Positions 19,315 through 29,783 of a DNA stretch of 64,000 nt are shown piece by piece. The position numbers and the translations under genes are program-made. Below the pieces are notes generated by a model. That model searched no databases and was not told the DNA's origin. It saw only the letters and a list, made by a program, of their open reading frames with translations. This stretch comes from a virus. Numbering within the stretch: position 1 is the first letter of the stretch; every line of letters begins with the position of its first letter. The DNA lies in the IMG/VR virus record IMGVR_UViG_3300032238_000599, positions 80,987 through 144,986 of that record, one strand, 5' to 3'.

Positions 19315-20720
19315 TATAAATCAGCCTTTGGTTTAAGAGCTTTACTCAATGATTGACGTTCAGGAACGCTTTCTGTAAATAATTTCCATTGAATAGTATC
19401 GCCAACAACAGCAGGTTCAGGTTGGAATGTAATTAGCGCATTTCCACTAGTTCCTAAAGTAACTATGCCATTACGTTTTACATCATTATAAAATACTGTG
19501 GCAACCATGCCTGGTACATATGGTTTGTTTGTTTGAACACTAGATCTATTAGTGTTGTCACACACATAGACATCAAATCCAATTTGTACAGATCCTGTGA
19601 TATTGCTATTATTAATAAAACTAGTTTTTTGTGTTTGACGAGTTGGATTCGTTATTGGGTCAATTGGTTTAGTAGGATCCTCATTAGTCATAGTCATGCG
19701 TACAGAATCTTCAACTTTAATCCACATGATACCATCGAATCGAAATAGTCTATTAGGTAAAAAGTCTGTACGCAAAAAGAAATCATCGTTAGTTGGATTA
19801 TTTGGAAAAGAAATACCATGCCCAAAATAAGCACCGTTTGGTGCAATACCATCACCTAACAAGTATCCAGTATATCCACTTCTCTTTGGTCGAGAAGCAA
19901 TATCGCTAGCGTTAAGTTCAGTTGAACTAGCGTCTAACAATGTACTGATAGCCGGATCAGTGTCGTCAACGTCAACGGTTCTAAGTAAAGGCCTGCCAGT
20001 ATTTTGATCAACAGCTAGTGTATAAAATTGTTGAGTTTCGTATCCACTCTTTGCCGCGTTAGCTTCTGCTTCAGCAAGGATAGCATCATTAATTCCTAAC
20101 TCGACAGATCTAGTACTTAATGCTTCACCGACAGTAACGGCGCTTTCGGATCCGTCTGCTAATAGTAATTTAGAATTTAGTAAGTCAGCAAATTGTTGGC
20201 TGTCTGTAATTTTCTTAAGTTTTAAACGATATAAATGTGGCCACCAAGTTTGACTAAATCCTTCACTAGCACGACCTACATCTTCAATAACGTAATATCT
20301 TGGAAGGGCAACTTCGTAATCATTAAGAGCAAAGTCATCACGTAAATGTGGAAACTCTAATACGTCTCCGCTTAGTGGTTTTCTTCCAACTAGTTTTATC
20401 CAATCATTGATATGTACAGTTAAAAATACTGTATCATTATCAATAAACAAACCAAATTGACTTAAATTAAAATCAATATTTGCAACATTATAATGACCAC
20501 GAACTTTGTAGATATCTTTATCGTATTTACGATCTCGATTTTCTAAAAATACAAGATCTTGTATTTGTGTTACATCTTTAAAATTGTCACCTTCACCGGT
20601 TCCAATGTATTTGTGCAGGTACAATTCAGTAGCGCCAATCTGAAACATTTCAGAAATCTGGCGATCAATGAAAGAGTAATCCTGTCCTTTTTCGGGCTTA
20701 AATAGACTTAATCGTGGCAT
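19314..20720 (-). CDS. gp14: Neck protein (T4 gp14-like)
   Basis: FLENRDRKY, LSQFGL and PxxGDVLEFP motifs; start at ATG 20720 (MPRLSL), 7 nt after a minus-strand TAAATA. Confidence 0.65.
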   Translation of the reverse strand: MPRLSLFKPEKGQDYSFIDRQISEMFQIGATELYLHKYIGTGEGDNFKDVTQIQDLVFLENRDRKYDKDIYKVRGHYNVANIDFNLSQFGLFIDNDTVFLTVHINDWIKLVGRKPLSGDVLEFPHLRDDFALNDYEVALPRYYVIEDVGRASEGFSQTWWPHLYRLKLKKITDSQQFADLLNSKLLLADGSESAVTVGEALSTRSVELGINDAILAEAEANAAKSGYETQQFYTLAVDQNTGRPLLRTVDVDDTDPAISTLLDASSTELNASDIASRPKRSGYTGYLLGDGIAPNGAYFGHGISFPNNPTNDDFFLRTDFLPNRLFRFDGIMWIKVEDSVRMTMTNEDPTKPIDPITNPTRQTQKTSFINNSNITGSVQIGFDVYVCDNTNRSSVQTNKPYVPGMVATVFYNDVKRNGIVTLGTSGNALITFQPEPAVVGDTIQWKLFTESVPERQSLSKALKPKADL

Positions 20721-20727
20721 AGTAACA

Positions 20728-20747
20728 TATTTATCGACAGCTAAATA
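20728..20747. promoter_or_regulatory. Divergent pair of late promoter motifs (TAAATA on both strands)
   Basis: tattta at 20728-20733 (minus-strand TAAATA) and taaata at 20742-20747, between divergent gp14 and gp13. Confidence 0.65.
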
Positions 20748-20765
20748 TTGTAAGAGAGGAAATAT

Positions 20766-21542
20766 ATGGACGCTACAATAGCACAGGAAAAACGACAAGA
20801 AGTTTATGACTACTGTAAAACCATGCTAGGAGACGGCATGGTTGAAGTAGAATTAGACCCTATTCACTACGATACAGCGTTAAGTAAAGCCCTGGCAAAA
20901 TTTCGCCAGCGCAGTAGCGGTGCTGTAGAAGAAGCATACTACTTTCTAGAACTAAAAGTAGATCAAAACGAATATCGATTACCTGACGAAATTATCGAAG
21001 TACGTAGCCTCTTCCGTAGAACAATCGGCAGCAGAACAGGCATGGGCAGTGGCGGAACATTATTTGAGCCGTTTAACTTAGCTTACACAAACACCTATTT
21101 GCTTAACTCTACAATGTTAGGTGGTATTGCTACCTACGATATGTTTGCACAGTATCAAGAAATGGTTGGGCGTATGTTTGGTGCCTATATTGAATTTCAA
21201 TGGATTGCACATAGTCATACCCTACGCATCCTACAGCGACCATTTGCCGAAGGTGAAATGATCCTAATCCGCGGTTATAACTATAAACCAGACTGGGTTA
21301 TTATCGGCGATGTATACTCTGGGCAATGGATTAAAGATTACAGTCTAGCAGTTTGTAAAGGTATTTTAGGTGAAGCCCGCGGCAAGTTTGCCAACATTGC
21401 AGGCCCGGGCGGTGCAGGCGGTCTAAATGGCGCAGACTTAAAAACAGCTAGTAAAGACGAAATTACCACCTTAGAAAAAGAACTACAAGAACATATCCCA
21501 GCAGGATCTGGCGGTACTGGTTACACATTAATAATTGGCTAA
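20766..21542 (+). CDS. gp13: Neck protein (T4 gp13-like)
   Basis: YCKTMLG...VEVEL, WIKDYSLAVCK..LGEARGKF, GPGG..LNG motifs. Confidence 0.8.
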   Translation: MDATIAQEKRQEVYDYCKTMLGDGMVEVELDPIHYDTALSKALAKFRQRSSGAVEEAYYFLELKVDQNEYRLPDEIIEVRSLFRRTIGSRTGMGSGGTLFEPFNLAYTNTYLLNSTMLGGIATYDMFAQYQEMVGRMFGAYIEFQWIAHSHTLRILQRPFAEGEMILIRGYNYKPDWVIIGDVYSGQWIKDYSLAVCKGILGEARGKFANIAGPGGAGGLNGADLKTASKDEITTLEKELQEHIPAGSGGTGYTLIIG

Positions 21543-21549
21543 AAAATTA

Positions 21550-21578
21550 TTGACATAGCTGTGTGCTGGTTATATAAT
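21550..21578 (+). promoter_or_regulatory. Consensus sigma70 promoter
   Basis: TTGACA-N17-TATAAT upstream of the dNMP kinase gene. Confidence 0.85.
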
Positions 21579-21599
21579 AGCGTTACTTATGGAGGCGCT

Positions 21600-22289
21600 A
21601 TGATTATAGGAGTATGTGGTTTTATTGGTTCAGGCAAGGATACTATTGCCGATTATCTAACTAACTTTCACGGTTATCGACGTGAATCATTTGCTAATAC
21701 ATTAAAAGACGCAGTAGCCCAAGTGTTTGGTTGGGACCGCACCATGCTTGAAGGCCGCACAACTAGTGCTCGAGAATGGCGTGAACAAGTAGATCCATGG
21801 TGGGCAGAACGCCTAAACATGCCTAATCTTACTCCACGTTGGGTCTTACAATACTGGGGCACAGAAGTATGCCGCAAAGCATTCCACGATGATATCTGGA
21901 TTGCCGCCCTTGAGAACAAACTCCGTAACTCAAAAGACGATATTGTCATTAGTGATTGCCGCTTTCCTAACGAAATTAAATCAATTCAAAATGCTGGCGG
22001 ACAAATAATTTGTGTAGAACGCGGTGTTCGACCGCACTGGTATGATATTGCAATACAAGCAAACAAAGGAAGTGCAAACGCTCAAGACTGGTTAAAAACT
22101 GAAGGCATTCATGCCAGTGAAACTAGTTGGGTTGGAACTAAGTTTGATGCAATTATGGACAATAATGGCAGTATTGATGATTTATATGCCCAAGTTAAAT
22201 TGCTTATAAATCTGGAACAAGATCCCCTTGTTTCCACTGAACGCCCTCTTTATGCAGGACTCGGGCGCAGTTTGCACACACAGTCTTAA
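21600..22289 (+). CDS. Deoxynucleoside monophosphate kinase (T4 gp1-like)
   Basis: IIGVCGFIGSGKDT, SFANTLK, PRWVLQYWGTE and ISDCRFPNE motifs; GGAGG RBS before ATG 21600. Confidence 0.9.
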   Translation: MIIGVCGFIGSGKDTIADYLTNFHGYRRESFANTLKDAVAQVFGWDRTMLEGRTTSAREWREQVDPWWAERLNMPNLTPRWVLQYWGTEVCRKAFHDDIWIAALENKLRNSKDDIVISDCRFPNEIKSIQNAGGQIICVERGVRPHWYDIAIQANKGSANAQDWLKTEGIHASETSWVGTKFDAIMDNNGSIDDLYAQVKLLINLEQDPLVSTERPLYAGLGRSLHTQS

Positions 22290-22545
22290 GATTAGCAGGG
22301 CGGCAGTTATTAAGATTGCCGTCTATATGAAACACGTTAAACTGTTCTTTGTGCTTTGATTTAAATCCGCACTTATCACATTGAGTTTTTACTCTATAAC
22401 CGCTAACATACCATCTCGGTAATCCTTTACCTACACCGCCGTAGCGAAGGCAATTCTCACACATGGACCTATAATAGGTCCTTCCTTCTTTTTTATAGTT
22501 AACAGCCTTGGGGTTTAAGCCGCATTTGCACATAGGTCTTGCCAT
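22204..22545 (-). CDS. HNH-type zinc-binding endonuclease-like protein
   Basis: CxC and CxxC pairs plus HIDGNLNNCRPANLKTVCANC; start ATG 22545, 5 nt after a minus-strand TAAATA. Confidence 0.75.
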   Translation of the reverse strand: MARPMCKCGLNPKAVNYKKEGRTYYRSMCENCLRYGGVGKGLPRWYVSGYRVKTQCDKCGFKSKHKEQFNVFHIDGNLNNCRPANLKTVCANCARVLHKEGVQWKQGDLVPDL

Positions 22546-22655
22546 AACATTATTTATTGCCCTTTTCTTGCCCTTTTTGTTTTCTGCATTAGCCAGCCAA
22601 AAAATCAAATTAACGCTAAATATTTGTAGAGTTAGGACTCAAGGAGAGAACGAAC

Positions 22656-25600
22656 ATGGCCCAATTAAGTTCACCAGGCGTAAGCGTAACAGTTATAGAC
22701 GAAAGTTTCTATACACCTGCCGCTGCCGGAACAACACCTCTAATCGTCGTTGCGTCAGCACAAGATAAATCAAACGGTTCTGGAACAGGTACTGCACCAG
22801 GAACATTGAAAGCTAATGCAGGACAAGTATATCTATTAACAAGCCAGAAAGATCTTGCTGATACTTTTGGCACACCAATCTTTAAAACAGATGCAAGCAA
22901 CAATCCAGTACACGCTGGCGAACTAAATGAATATGGTCTACAAGCCGCTTATTCATTCTTAGGTGTAAGCAATCGTGTATATGCTGTTCGTGCAGACGTT
23001 GATCTAGCAGAATTAGAAGCAAGTGCATCAGCACCAACAGGTCCAGCATCAAACGGAACTTATTGGGTTGACACCGCTACTACATCATTTGGTATTTTTG
23101 AATGGAATTCATCTCTAGCAACTACTACAGGCGGTCAAACATTTACTGTTAGAACACCGATTGTTATTACAGACAAAACTAAAGTAGTTAATTTTGCTGG
23201 ACAAGATTACACCCCAAAGAAATCAGTCGGAGCAATTGGGGACTATGCTGTTGTAGCAGTAACATCATTATTTAAATTATGGTTTAAAAACCAAGCAGGA
23301 ACATGGGTTGAAGTAGGAAGCACTGGTGGTAACGGTTTACCGTACACTAGCTGGACTAACAGCTGGCCAATCGCTGTATCAACTGGTTCTGTAACTACTG
23401 CTATTGCAAACTCTGTAGGATTTACTACAACAACAGATGACGGGTCACCTCAATCTCATACATATGCCGGCGGCGCCGATCTAGATGCATTTGCAAGTTT
23501 TATTAATACAGGTGACGGCGGAGATCCGCTTGTACCAGGTTTATCTGCTAAAGTTGTTAGCGGCAAACTACAGTATTTTAGCGACGGCACATTTGGAAAA
23601 ATTGTGTTCGGTGGCTCACTATTTGGCTCGTCTGGTTGGAACGGAGTTGGCGGATCTACAAAGCCATATTACACTCCAATTATCACAATTCAGCCACACA
23701 CGCAAGTTCCAACATATAAGCGCGGCGACACTGATGCTATTACCGAAGATGTATCACCACTAGGACGTCCTACAGGCAGTATTTGGATTAAGACTACAGA
23801 ACCTAACGCGGGGGCTAAGTGGAGAATTAAACGTTTCAATTCTGCAACAGCCGCATGGGAATCAAGCACAGCGCCATTATACAAAGACAACGCCGAAGCG
23901 TTGTATGGCTTAGACAAAGCAGGTGGCGGTGTAAATTTAGCTCAAGGTACATTGTATGTTAAGTTTAACGACAGTGAAGAAAGTCCTAATCTAGCAAACT
24001 TTAAAGTTTATCGTCGTACTGGCGTTGACTCTACAAAAATTGTGTCAGCTGTGTTTACTGATTCTACTTTAGATGCTGGCACATATACAATCTTTATTGC
24101 TGAAACCTTAAAAGGTCAATCTACAATTGGCGCAGTTCATGAAATTGAATTCACTGTTGACGGATTTGCTGTAAGTTCAGGAGAAGCAGTTGCTGGTGAA
24201 ATCAATGCCGCAGGTTTAACTAACGTTGTAGCTGATTTTGATTCAGTGACTAGAAAACTTTCAATCTATCACAAGCTAGCAGGAGACTTTAGACTAGCAG
24301 AAGGTGCAGGAAATCCATTGGCAGCAATGGGGTTTGTTGCTGGAACTACTGCTAATTTATATGCAACACCTGTAGGTGACATGGATTACGAAATGGTAGC
24401 TAGTTTATGGGCACCATTGAGCGCAGTAAACAGTGATAGTGCTCCATCAAGTTTACCAGCAGACGGGCGTCTATGGTACAATTCAATGATCGACGAAGTT
24501 GACATGATGATTCATGATGGATCAAAATGGGTCGGATACTTAACTTCTACAAGCCCATACTACAATTCATCAGTAGCTGATCAAACAGATCCTATGGGTC
24601 CGATTGTTAGCGCCACAGCACCAATAGAACAAAGCGACGGAACTGATTTAAAAGAAGGCGATCTATGGATCAGCACAGCTGATTTAGAGAATTTTCCTCT
24701 AATCCACCGTTGGAATAACGATACTAAGAAATGGGTATTGTTAGATAAAACTGATCAGACAACAGAAAACGGTGTTCTATTCCATGACGCTCGTTGGACT
24801 GCTGACGGCATTGATGCAACAAGTGAAGCAAGCTCAATTGAAGAATTATTAATCAGCAACTATGTTGACCCAGACTGTCCAGATCCAGCACTATATCCAA
24901 AAGGTATGTTGCTATGGAACTTACGCCGTTCTGGATTTAACGTAAAAGAGTTTAAAGAAAACTATATTGACACAACTGCTAGCAATCCACGAGTTGGACT
25001 AGGCGACGGCGAAGCAATGTCTGACTATTACCCACATCGTTGGGTTAGTGTAGCCGCTAACAACGAAGACGGCAGCGGAGCGTTTGGTCGTTTCGCACAG
25101 CGTAAAGTAGTGATTCAAGGACTACAAGCTCTTGTAAATGCTAACCAACAAATCCGTGATGAAGAAGCTCGCATATTCAACTTAATTGCTTGCCCAGGAT
25201 ATCCTGAACTTATTGGCGAGTTAGTTAGCTTGAACTATGATCGTGGGTTGACAGCATTTGTTGTAGGCGATACACCTGCAAGATTGAAGAGCGATGCAAC
25301 TACACTAAACAACTGGGGTACAAATCAAGCTCTTGTATTAGAAGATAATGATAAGGGTCTTGTGTCAAGTGACGAATACTTAGGTATTTTCTATCCATGG
25401 GGTTACACAAGTGATAACTTAGGTAACAACGTAGTTGTTCCTCCAAGCCACATGATGTTACGTACAATCGCTCTAAGCGATAACGTTTCTTATCCATGGT
25501 TTGCTCCAGCAGGTACACGCCGTGGTGGTATTACAAACGCAACAGCAGTAGGTTATGTAGATCCAACATCAGGCGAATTCCAATCAGTGGCATTGAACAC

Positions 25601-26033
25601 TGGACAACGTGATACACTAGCTGGTATCAAAGTTAACCCAATTACATTCATTACTGGTACTGGACTTGTTAACTATGGACAATACACTCGTGCTAAGAAC
25701 GCTAGTGCATTAGATCGTATTAACGTAGCTCGTCTAGTTGTTTATCTACGTAGACAGTTAAGTTTGCTAGCTAAACCATATGTGTTTGAACCAAACGATA
25801 AGATTACCAGAGATGAAATTAAGCAAGCGGCTGAAAGTCTAATGCTTGAATTAGTTGGACAACGTGCTCTATACGACTACATTGTAGTCTGCGACACAAG
25901 TAACAACACACCATCAAGAATTGATCGTAATGAACTATATCTTGACATAGCCATTGAACCAGTCAAGGCAGTGGAATTTATCTATATTCCATTACGCTTG
26001 AAGAACACTGGCGAAATTAAAGGCTTAGGCTAA
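22656..26033 (+). CDS. gp18: Contractile tail sheath protein with large insertion domains
   Basis: LSSPGVSVTVIDES N-terminus; YPWFAPAGTRRG, ALDRINVARL, FEPND and PVKAVEFIYI motifs; TAAATA at 22617 and AAGGAG RBS. Confidence 0.95.
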   Translation: MAQLSSPGVSVTVIDESFYTPAAAGTTPLIVVASAQDKSNGSGTGTAPGTLKANAGQVYLLTSQKDLADTFGTPIFKTDASNNPVHAGELNEYGLQAAYSFLGVSNRVYAVRADVDLAELEASASAPTGPASNGTYWVDTATTSFGIFEWNSSLATTTGGQTFTVRTPIVITDKTKVVNFAGQDYTPKKSVGAIGDYAVVAVTSLFKLWFKNQAGTWVEVGSTGGNGLPYTSWTNSWPIAVSTGSVTTAIANSVGFTTTTDDGSPQSHTYAGGADLDAFASFINTGDGGDPLVPGLSAKVVSGKLQYFSDGTFGKIVFGGSLFGSSGWNGVGGSTKPYYTPIITIQPHTQVPTYKRGDTDAITEDVSPLGRPTGSIWIKTTEPNAGAKWRIKRFNSATAAWESSTAPLYKDNAEALYGLDKAGGGVNLAQGTLYVKFNDSEESPNLANFKVYRRTGVDSTKIVSAVFTDSTLDAGTYTIFIAETLKGQSTIGAVHEIEFTVDGFAVSSGEAVAGEINAAGLTNVVADFDSVTRKLSIYHKLAGDFRLAEGAGNPLAAMGFVAGTTANLYATPVGDMDYEMVASLWAPLSAVNSDSAPSSLPADGRLWYNSMIDEVDMMIHDGSKWVGYLTSTSPYYNSSVADQTDPMGPIVSATAPIEQSDGTDLKEGDLWISTADLENFPLIHRWNNDTKKWVLLDKTDQTTENGVLFHDARWTADGIDATSEASSIEELLISNYVDPDCPDPALYPKGMLLWNLRRSGFNVKEFKENYIDTTASNPRVGLGDGEAMSDYYPHRWVSVAANNEDGSGAFGRFAQRKVVIQGLQALVNANQQIRDEEARIFNLIACPGYPELIGELVSLNYDRGLTAFVVGDTPARLKSDATTLNNWGTNQALVLEDNDKGLVSSDEYLGIFYPWGYTSDNLGNNVVVPPSHMMLRTIALSDNVSYPWFAPAGTRRGGITNATAVGYVDPTSGEFQSVALNTGQRDTLAGIKVNPITFITGTGLVNYGQYTRAKNASALDRINVARLVVYLRRQLSLLAKPYVFEPNDKITRDEIKQAAESLMLELVGQRALYDYIVVCDTSNNTPSRIDRNELYLDIAIEPVKAVEFIYIPLRLKNTGEIKGLG

Positions 26034-26050
26034 AATTTAGGAGACTATAA

Positions 26051-26677
26051 ATGGCTGTCGCAACATTAAGTAAATTTACAGTACCTTTGGCAAGTGACGC
26101 TAGTGCGTCAGCCCAAGGTATGTTGATGCCAAAGCTAAAGTATCGCTTTAGAGTGAGCTTTGAAAACTTTGGCGTATCAACTCCAACAACAGAACTAACC
26201 AAGCAGGTTATTACAGCGGCTCGTCCAAACGTACAATTTGCTGATCAAGTAATTGAAATTTACAACAGTAAAATTCACTATGCTGGTAAGCACACATGGC
26301 AAACTATTGCTATTAGTTTACGTGATGACGTAACTGGCGCTGTTAGTAAGCTAGTCGGCGAACAGATGCAAAAGCAATTTGACTTCTTTGAGCAGTCAAG
26401 TGCGGCTTCTGGTGTTGACTACAAGTTTACACTACGTATTGAAATATTGGATGGCGGTAACGGCGCTAATACTCCAAACGTATTAGAAACTTGGGAGTGC
26501 TATGGTTGCTATGTAACACAAGCTAACTATCAAACTCTAGGTTACGCAGAACAAGGACCAGTACAGATTGACTTAACAATTCAACCTGATAACTGTATCC
26601 AGAGCCCACAAGGCACAGGAATTGGCTCAGTCGTTGGACGTACAATTAGTACTCTAGCAACTGGTGGCGGTAAGTAA
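26051..26677 (+). CDS. gp19: Tail tube protein
   Basis: Follows the sheath gene; PKLKYRFRV, YAGKHTW and WECYGC motifs; AGGAG RBS. Confidence 0.85.
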   Translation: MAVATLSKFTVPLASDASASAQGMLMPKLKYRFRVSFENFGVSTPTTELTKQVITAARPNVQFADQVIEIYNSKIHYAGKHTWQTIAISLRDDVTGAVSKLVGEQMQKQFDFFEQSSAASGVDYKFTLRIEILDGGNGANTPNVLETWECYGCYVTQANYQTLGYAEQGPVQIDLTIQPDNCIQSPQGTGIGSVVGRTISTLATGGGK

Positions 26678-26681
26678 GAAG

Positions 26682-26704
26682 AAAGGCTGGCAACAGCCTT
26701 TTTT
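26682..26704 (+). terminator. Intrinsic terminator after the tube gene
   Basis: AAAGGCTG-gcaa-CAGCCTTT running into a T tract. Confidence 0.85.
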
Positions 26705-26753
26705 CATGACTAATCTTTAACTACGCATATAATTCGTTCCGATAAATAATTAT

Positions 26754-27836
26754 ATGGCAAATATATTCACTGGTTTTTTAAATGGTGTTGTTAATGGTGC
26801 AACACACCCTAAAGGGCAGATGGGCGACTTTCAACATGCCGCTCGCATGTTTACCGACGACACATTTCGTCTTGCCCCTAAATTAAAATTTCAATTCCAT
26901 GTGGCGTTTAGCATTAATCCTAGCGCACTAAAAAATATTGGATTAACACTTCGACACAAAAACGAAATCAATATGTTAGTTAAGAGTGTGTCTCTTCCTA
27001 ATTTTAATATTGCAACAGAAACACTACATCAATACAATCGTAAAAAAGTTATACAAACAAAAATTGATTACCAACCAATAAACATTAAATTCCATGATGA
27101 TAACATGGGAGTTGTAAATCAATTATGGCAAAACTATTACGGATATTATTTTGCAGACAGTACAACATCAAAGACACCAGGAGCATACAACAGAACAGCT
27201 ATGCTAAACGCAAGTTATCTTAGAGGTACTTATGGTTTAGACAATAACAGTAGTGTTCCGTTTTTTAATAAGATTACAATTTATCAAATGGCTCGACAAG
27301 AGTATGTTAGTTACACTCTAGTAAATCCGTTAATCACTAATTGGAATCATGAAGGTATGGATTATGCTTCAAGTGCTACTCATGAAAATCAAATGACACT
27401 AGCATACGAAGCAGTGAACTACGGTGCAGGAAGAGTGCAACGCGGAGATCCAGAAGGATTTGCTTTAGAACATTACGATCTAAGCCCAAGCCCATTAAGC
27501 GTAGCTGGCGGTGGAACTGCTACCTTGTTTGGTAACGGTGGCGTTATTGCTGGCGCGGCCGATGTACTTGGTAGTATTTTTAGTGGGCAAGCATTTGAAA
27601 GTCCTGCAAATTTTATTAGTACTGCAATTAAAACAGTAAATACCTATCAGAATTCTAAGAAATTAACAAACGCAGGAGTTACCCAAGAAGGTAAAAACAT
27701 CATTGTTAAGACATTAAATTCTGTAGCAACTACTGGAGTAAGTGGTGTAAATGGTGTAGTGTTTCCACAAAGCTCAGTTAATGTAAACACATCAACGGCA
27801 GCAACTCCTATTAACTTAAACGGCAACGGACCTTAA
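26754..27836 (+). CDS. Tube-like baseplate protein (gp54/gp48-like tail tube initiator)
   Basis: VKSVSLP, QYNRK, YQPINIKFHDD and YTLVNPLIT tube-fold pattern. Confidence 0.6.
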   Translation: MANIFTGFLNGVVNGATHPKGQMGDFQHAARMFTDDTFRLAPKLKFQFHVAFSINPSALKNIGLTLRHKNEINMLVKSVSLPNFNIATETLHQYNRKKVIQTKIDYQPINIKFHDDNMGVVNQLWQNYYGYYFADSTTSKTPGAYNRTAMLNASYLRGTYGLDNNSSVPFFNKITIYQMARQEYVSYTLVNPLITNWNHEGMDYASSATHENQMTLAYEAVNYGAGRVQRGDPEGFALEHYDLSPSPLSVAGGGTATLFGNGGVIAGAADVLGSIFSGQAFESPANFISTAIKTVNTYQNSKKLTNAGVTQEGKNIIVKTLNSVATTGVSGVNGVVFPQSSVNVNTSTAATPINLNGNGP

Positions 27837-27838
27837 AA

Positions 27839-28213
27839 ATGATTACTACAAATAATTTACCAGCAACAGAGTCGTCAGACAGCAGTACTGATGTTAAATT
27901 ATTCTTTGACAAATTTTTCTTACATGAAGTAAGTTTTCCAGCGGCAGAAATTGACACAGTTACTGGATTCTTTTTAAAAAGAGGATTCGATGATACTGCT
28001 AGTAAAAGTGTTACCATTGTATTATTAAACCAAGCACGTCAAGATAGTGTTAACGTATTTCAATTAATTGATACTCTAAAAGGTTTAACTGATGTACAGC
28101 TAAGTCAAGTTGTTGCAGAAGTGCTTAACGCTTATAGAGAAAAAACTAGCATCTTAGGATACAAGACTGCAGAATTAGTTGACTTATTTGAAAGTCGCAA
28201 CATTGTAGTATGA
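27839..28213 (+). CDS. Hypothetical protein (tail/baseplate module)
   Basis: 124-aa ORF coupled to both neighbours. Confidence 0.6.
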   Translation: MITTNNLPATESSDSSTDVKLFFDKFFLHEVSFPAAEIDTVTGFFLKRGFDDTASKSVTIVLLNQARQDSVNVFQLIDTLKGLTDVQLSQVVAEVLNAYREKTSILGYKTAELVDLFESRNIVV

Positions 28214-28644
28214 GCAGATTCGCCCAAGGTAAATTTGTACCCAAAAACCCAGCAAAATATATAGGAAACAAAGTTCCAACATATCGCTCAAGCTGGGAAT
28301 GGCAATTCATGTCGTTTTGTGATACACATACTAGTGTACAAAAATGGGCTTGCGAAGCAATTAAAATTCCATACAGAAATCCCTTAACTGGCAAACATAC
28401 AATATATGTACCAGATTTTTTTATACAATACGTAGATAAAAATAATGCTACACTTGTAGAACTAATAGAAATTAAACCTGAAAATCAGGCCAAACTAGAA
28501 AGTGTAGGACGTAACAAAACACATCAGGCACAATTTATACAAAACCAAGCAAAGTGGGCGGCAGCTGGTGCTTGGTGTAAACAGCAAGGAATTCGCTTTA
28601 GGGTAGTAACAGAAAAGGATCTATTCCATAACGGACGTAGATAA
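28210..28644 (+). CDS. gp4: Head completion nuclease (T4 gp4 / TnsA-N-like)
   Basis: YRSSWE..FCD, W..E..IPY, YVPDF, IEIKP and AKW motifs. Confidence 0.85.
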   Translation: MSRFAQGKFVPKNPAKYIGNKVPTYRSSWEWQFMSFCDTHTSVQKWACEAIKIPYRNPLTGKHTIYVPDFFIQYVDKNNATLVELIEIKPENQAKLESVGRNKTHQAQFIQNQAKWAAAGAWCKQQGIRFRVVTEKDLFHNGRR

Positions 28645-28652
28645 GTAATGTT

Positions 28653-29135
28653 ATGACTAAAAAACTTGAAGAATTATTAAATTTGCCCGAAAGCAAAAAA
28701 ATAATCAAAGACGACGCTAAAAAGAAAGAAGCTGTTCCCGCGGTTCAACCATTGCTCCGTGATATGGAAGAATTTGATAAAATATCAGCCGCACTTCCAC
28801 AAGTCAAAGGACTAGGGGATGTTAGTGACAGCGAATTAGATGCTCTAGCGCAACGTGCTCAAGATGCCTATGACGATTTAATGGACCTGGGTATGAACGT
28901 TGAAGCAAGATATAGCGGTAGAGTGTTTGAAGTAGCCGCAAGTATGTTAAAAAATGCTATCGATGCTAAATCTGCAAAGATTGATAAAAAGTTAAAAATG
29001 ATCGAATTGCAACTTAAGAAACAAAAATTGGATCAAGAAGCTAACCCAGAAGGAAATGGTGTTACATTAAACGGTGACGGATTCATTGTATCGGATCGTA
29101 ACAGCCTACTTGAAAAACTTAAGAATTTGAAATAA
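28653..29135 (+). CDS. Probable terminase small subunit (gp16-like)
   Basis: Helical 160-aa protein with RVFEVAASMLK resembling the gp16 PRxYEVxxxLxK motif; near TerL. Confidence 0.55.
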   Translation: MTKKLEELLNLPESKKIIKDDAKKKEAVPAVQPLLRDMEEFDKISAALPQVKGLGDVSDSELDALAQRAQDAYDDLMDLGMNVEARYSGRVFEVAASMLKNAIDAKSAKIDKKLKMIELQLKKQKLDQEANPEGNGVTLNGDGFIVSDRNSLLEKLKNLK

Positions 29136-29158
29136 ATATAAGATAACAGAGAATCCCT

Positions 29159-29782
29159 ATGAATTTATTTGGAACATTTAAACAATACCTAAGCGAAAGT
29201 AAAAAGACCTATAGCTTTAGAGTAAAAATTGCAGGTGCATTACCTGAAGGCTGTGAAAAAAACATGAAAGAATGTCTAGCTAAATTTGACTGCGCCGCAG
29301 TTAAATCAGTTAGTCGTACACCTATTCAAGAAAGTCCAATGGATTTTCCAGCATTGAAAAATTTAGAAGTGCATACTTTCGATATTGATTGTAATTACCC
29401 TTCAATTAGTCCAGCAGTTAAAGATCAAATTAGCGAAGTGTTAGGCATACCTCAAGGACGTATTGTAGTTCGTACACCACAAGAACAAGCTGAGATCGAA
29501 TTAAACCAATCTCATATGAAAGTACCGGGTGAAGGCGAAAGTTTACTTGAAAAAGATTACGAAAAAAATGATGATGCACAAAAACTAGTAGGTGAAACTC
29601 ACGTAACTAGTTTCTTAAAAGAATTAGATAAAATAAATGCTGAACGAAAAGCAAAGATTGTAAAACATGAAGGCAAAGAAGAAGGCGGGATGAGTGATCC
29701 GGAATTTGAAGAGCCTAAGGATAGCAAAAAAAGCCCACTAAAAGGTTTAACTGGTAATCCAGACCCACGTAAAGGAAAATAA
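29159..29782 (+). CDS. Hypothetical protein, probable internal head protein
   Basis: TAAATA at 29133; N-terminal TFKQYLSES resembling T4 capsid-targeting propeptides. Confidence 0.5.
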   Translation: MNLFGTFKQYLSESKKTYSFRVKIAGALPEGCEKNMKECLAKFDCAAVKSVSRTPIQESPMDFPALKNLEVHTFDIDCNYPSISPAVKDQISEVLGIPQGRIVVRTPQEQAEIELNQSHMKVPGEGESLLEKDYEKNDDAQKLVGETHVTSFLKELDKINAERKAKIVKHEGKEEGGMSDPEFEEPKDSKKSPLKGLTGNPDPRKGK

Positions 29783-29783
29783 A

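Noticed and set aside
22204-22545. HNH gene as a mobile homing element
   Set aside because: It is short, has its own late motif and shows no intron context or insertion signature; mobility cannot be supported from the sequence.
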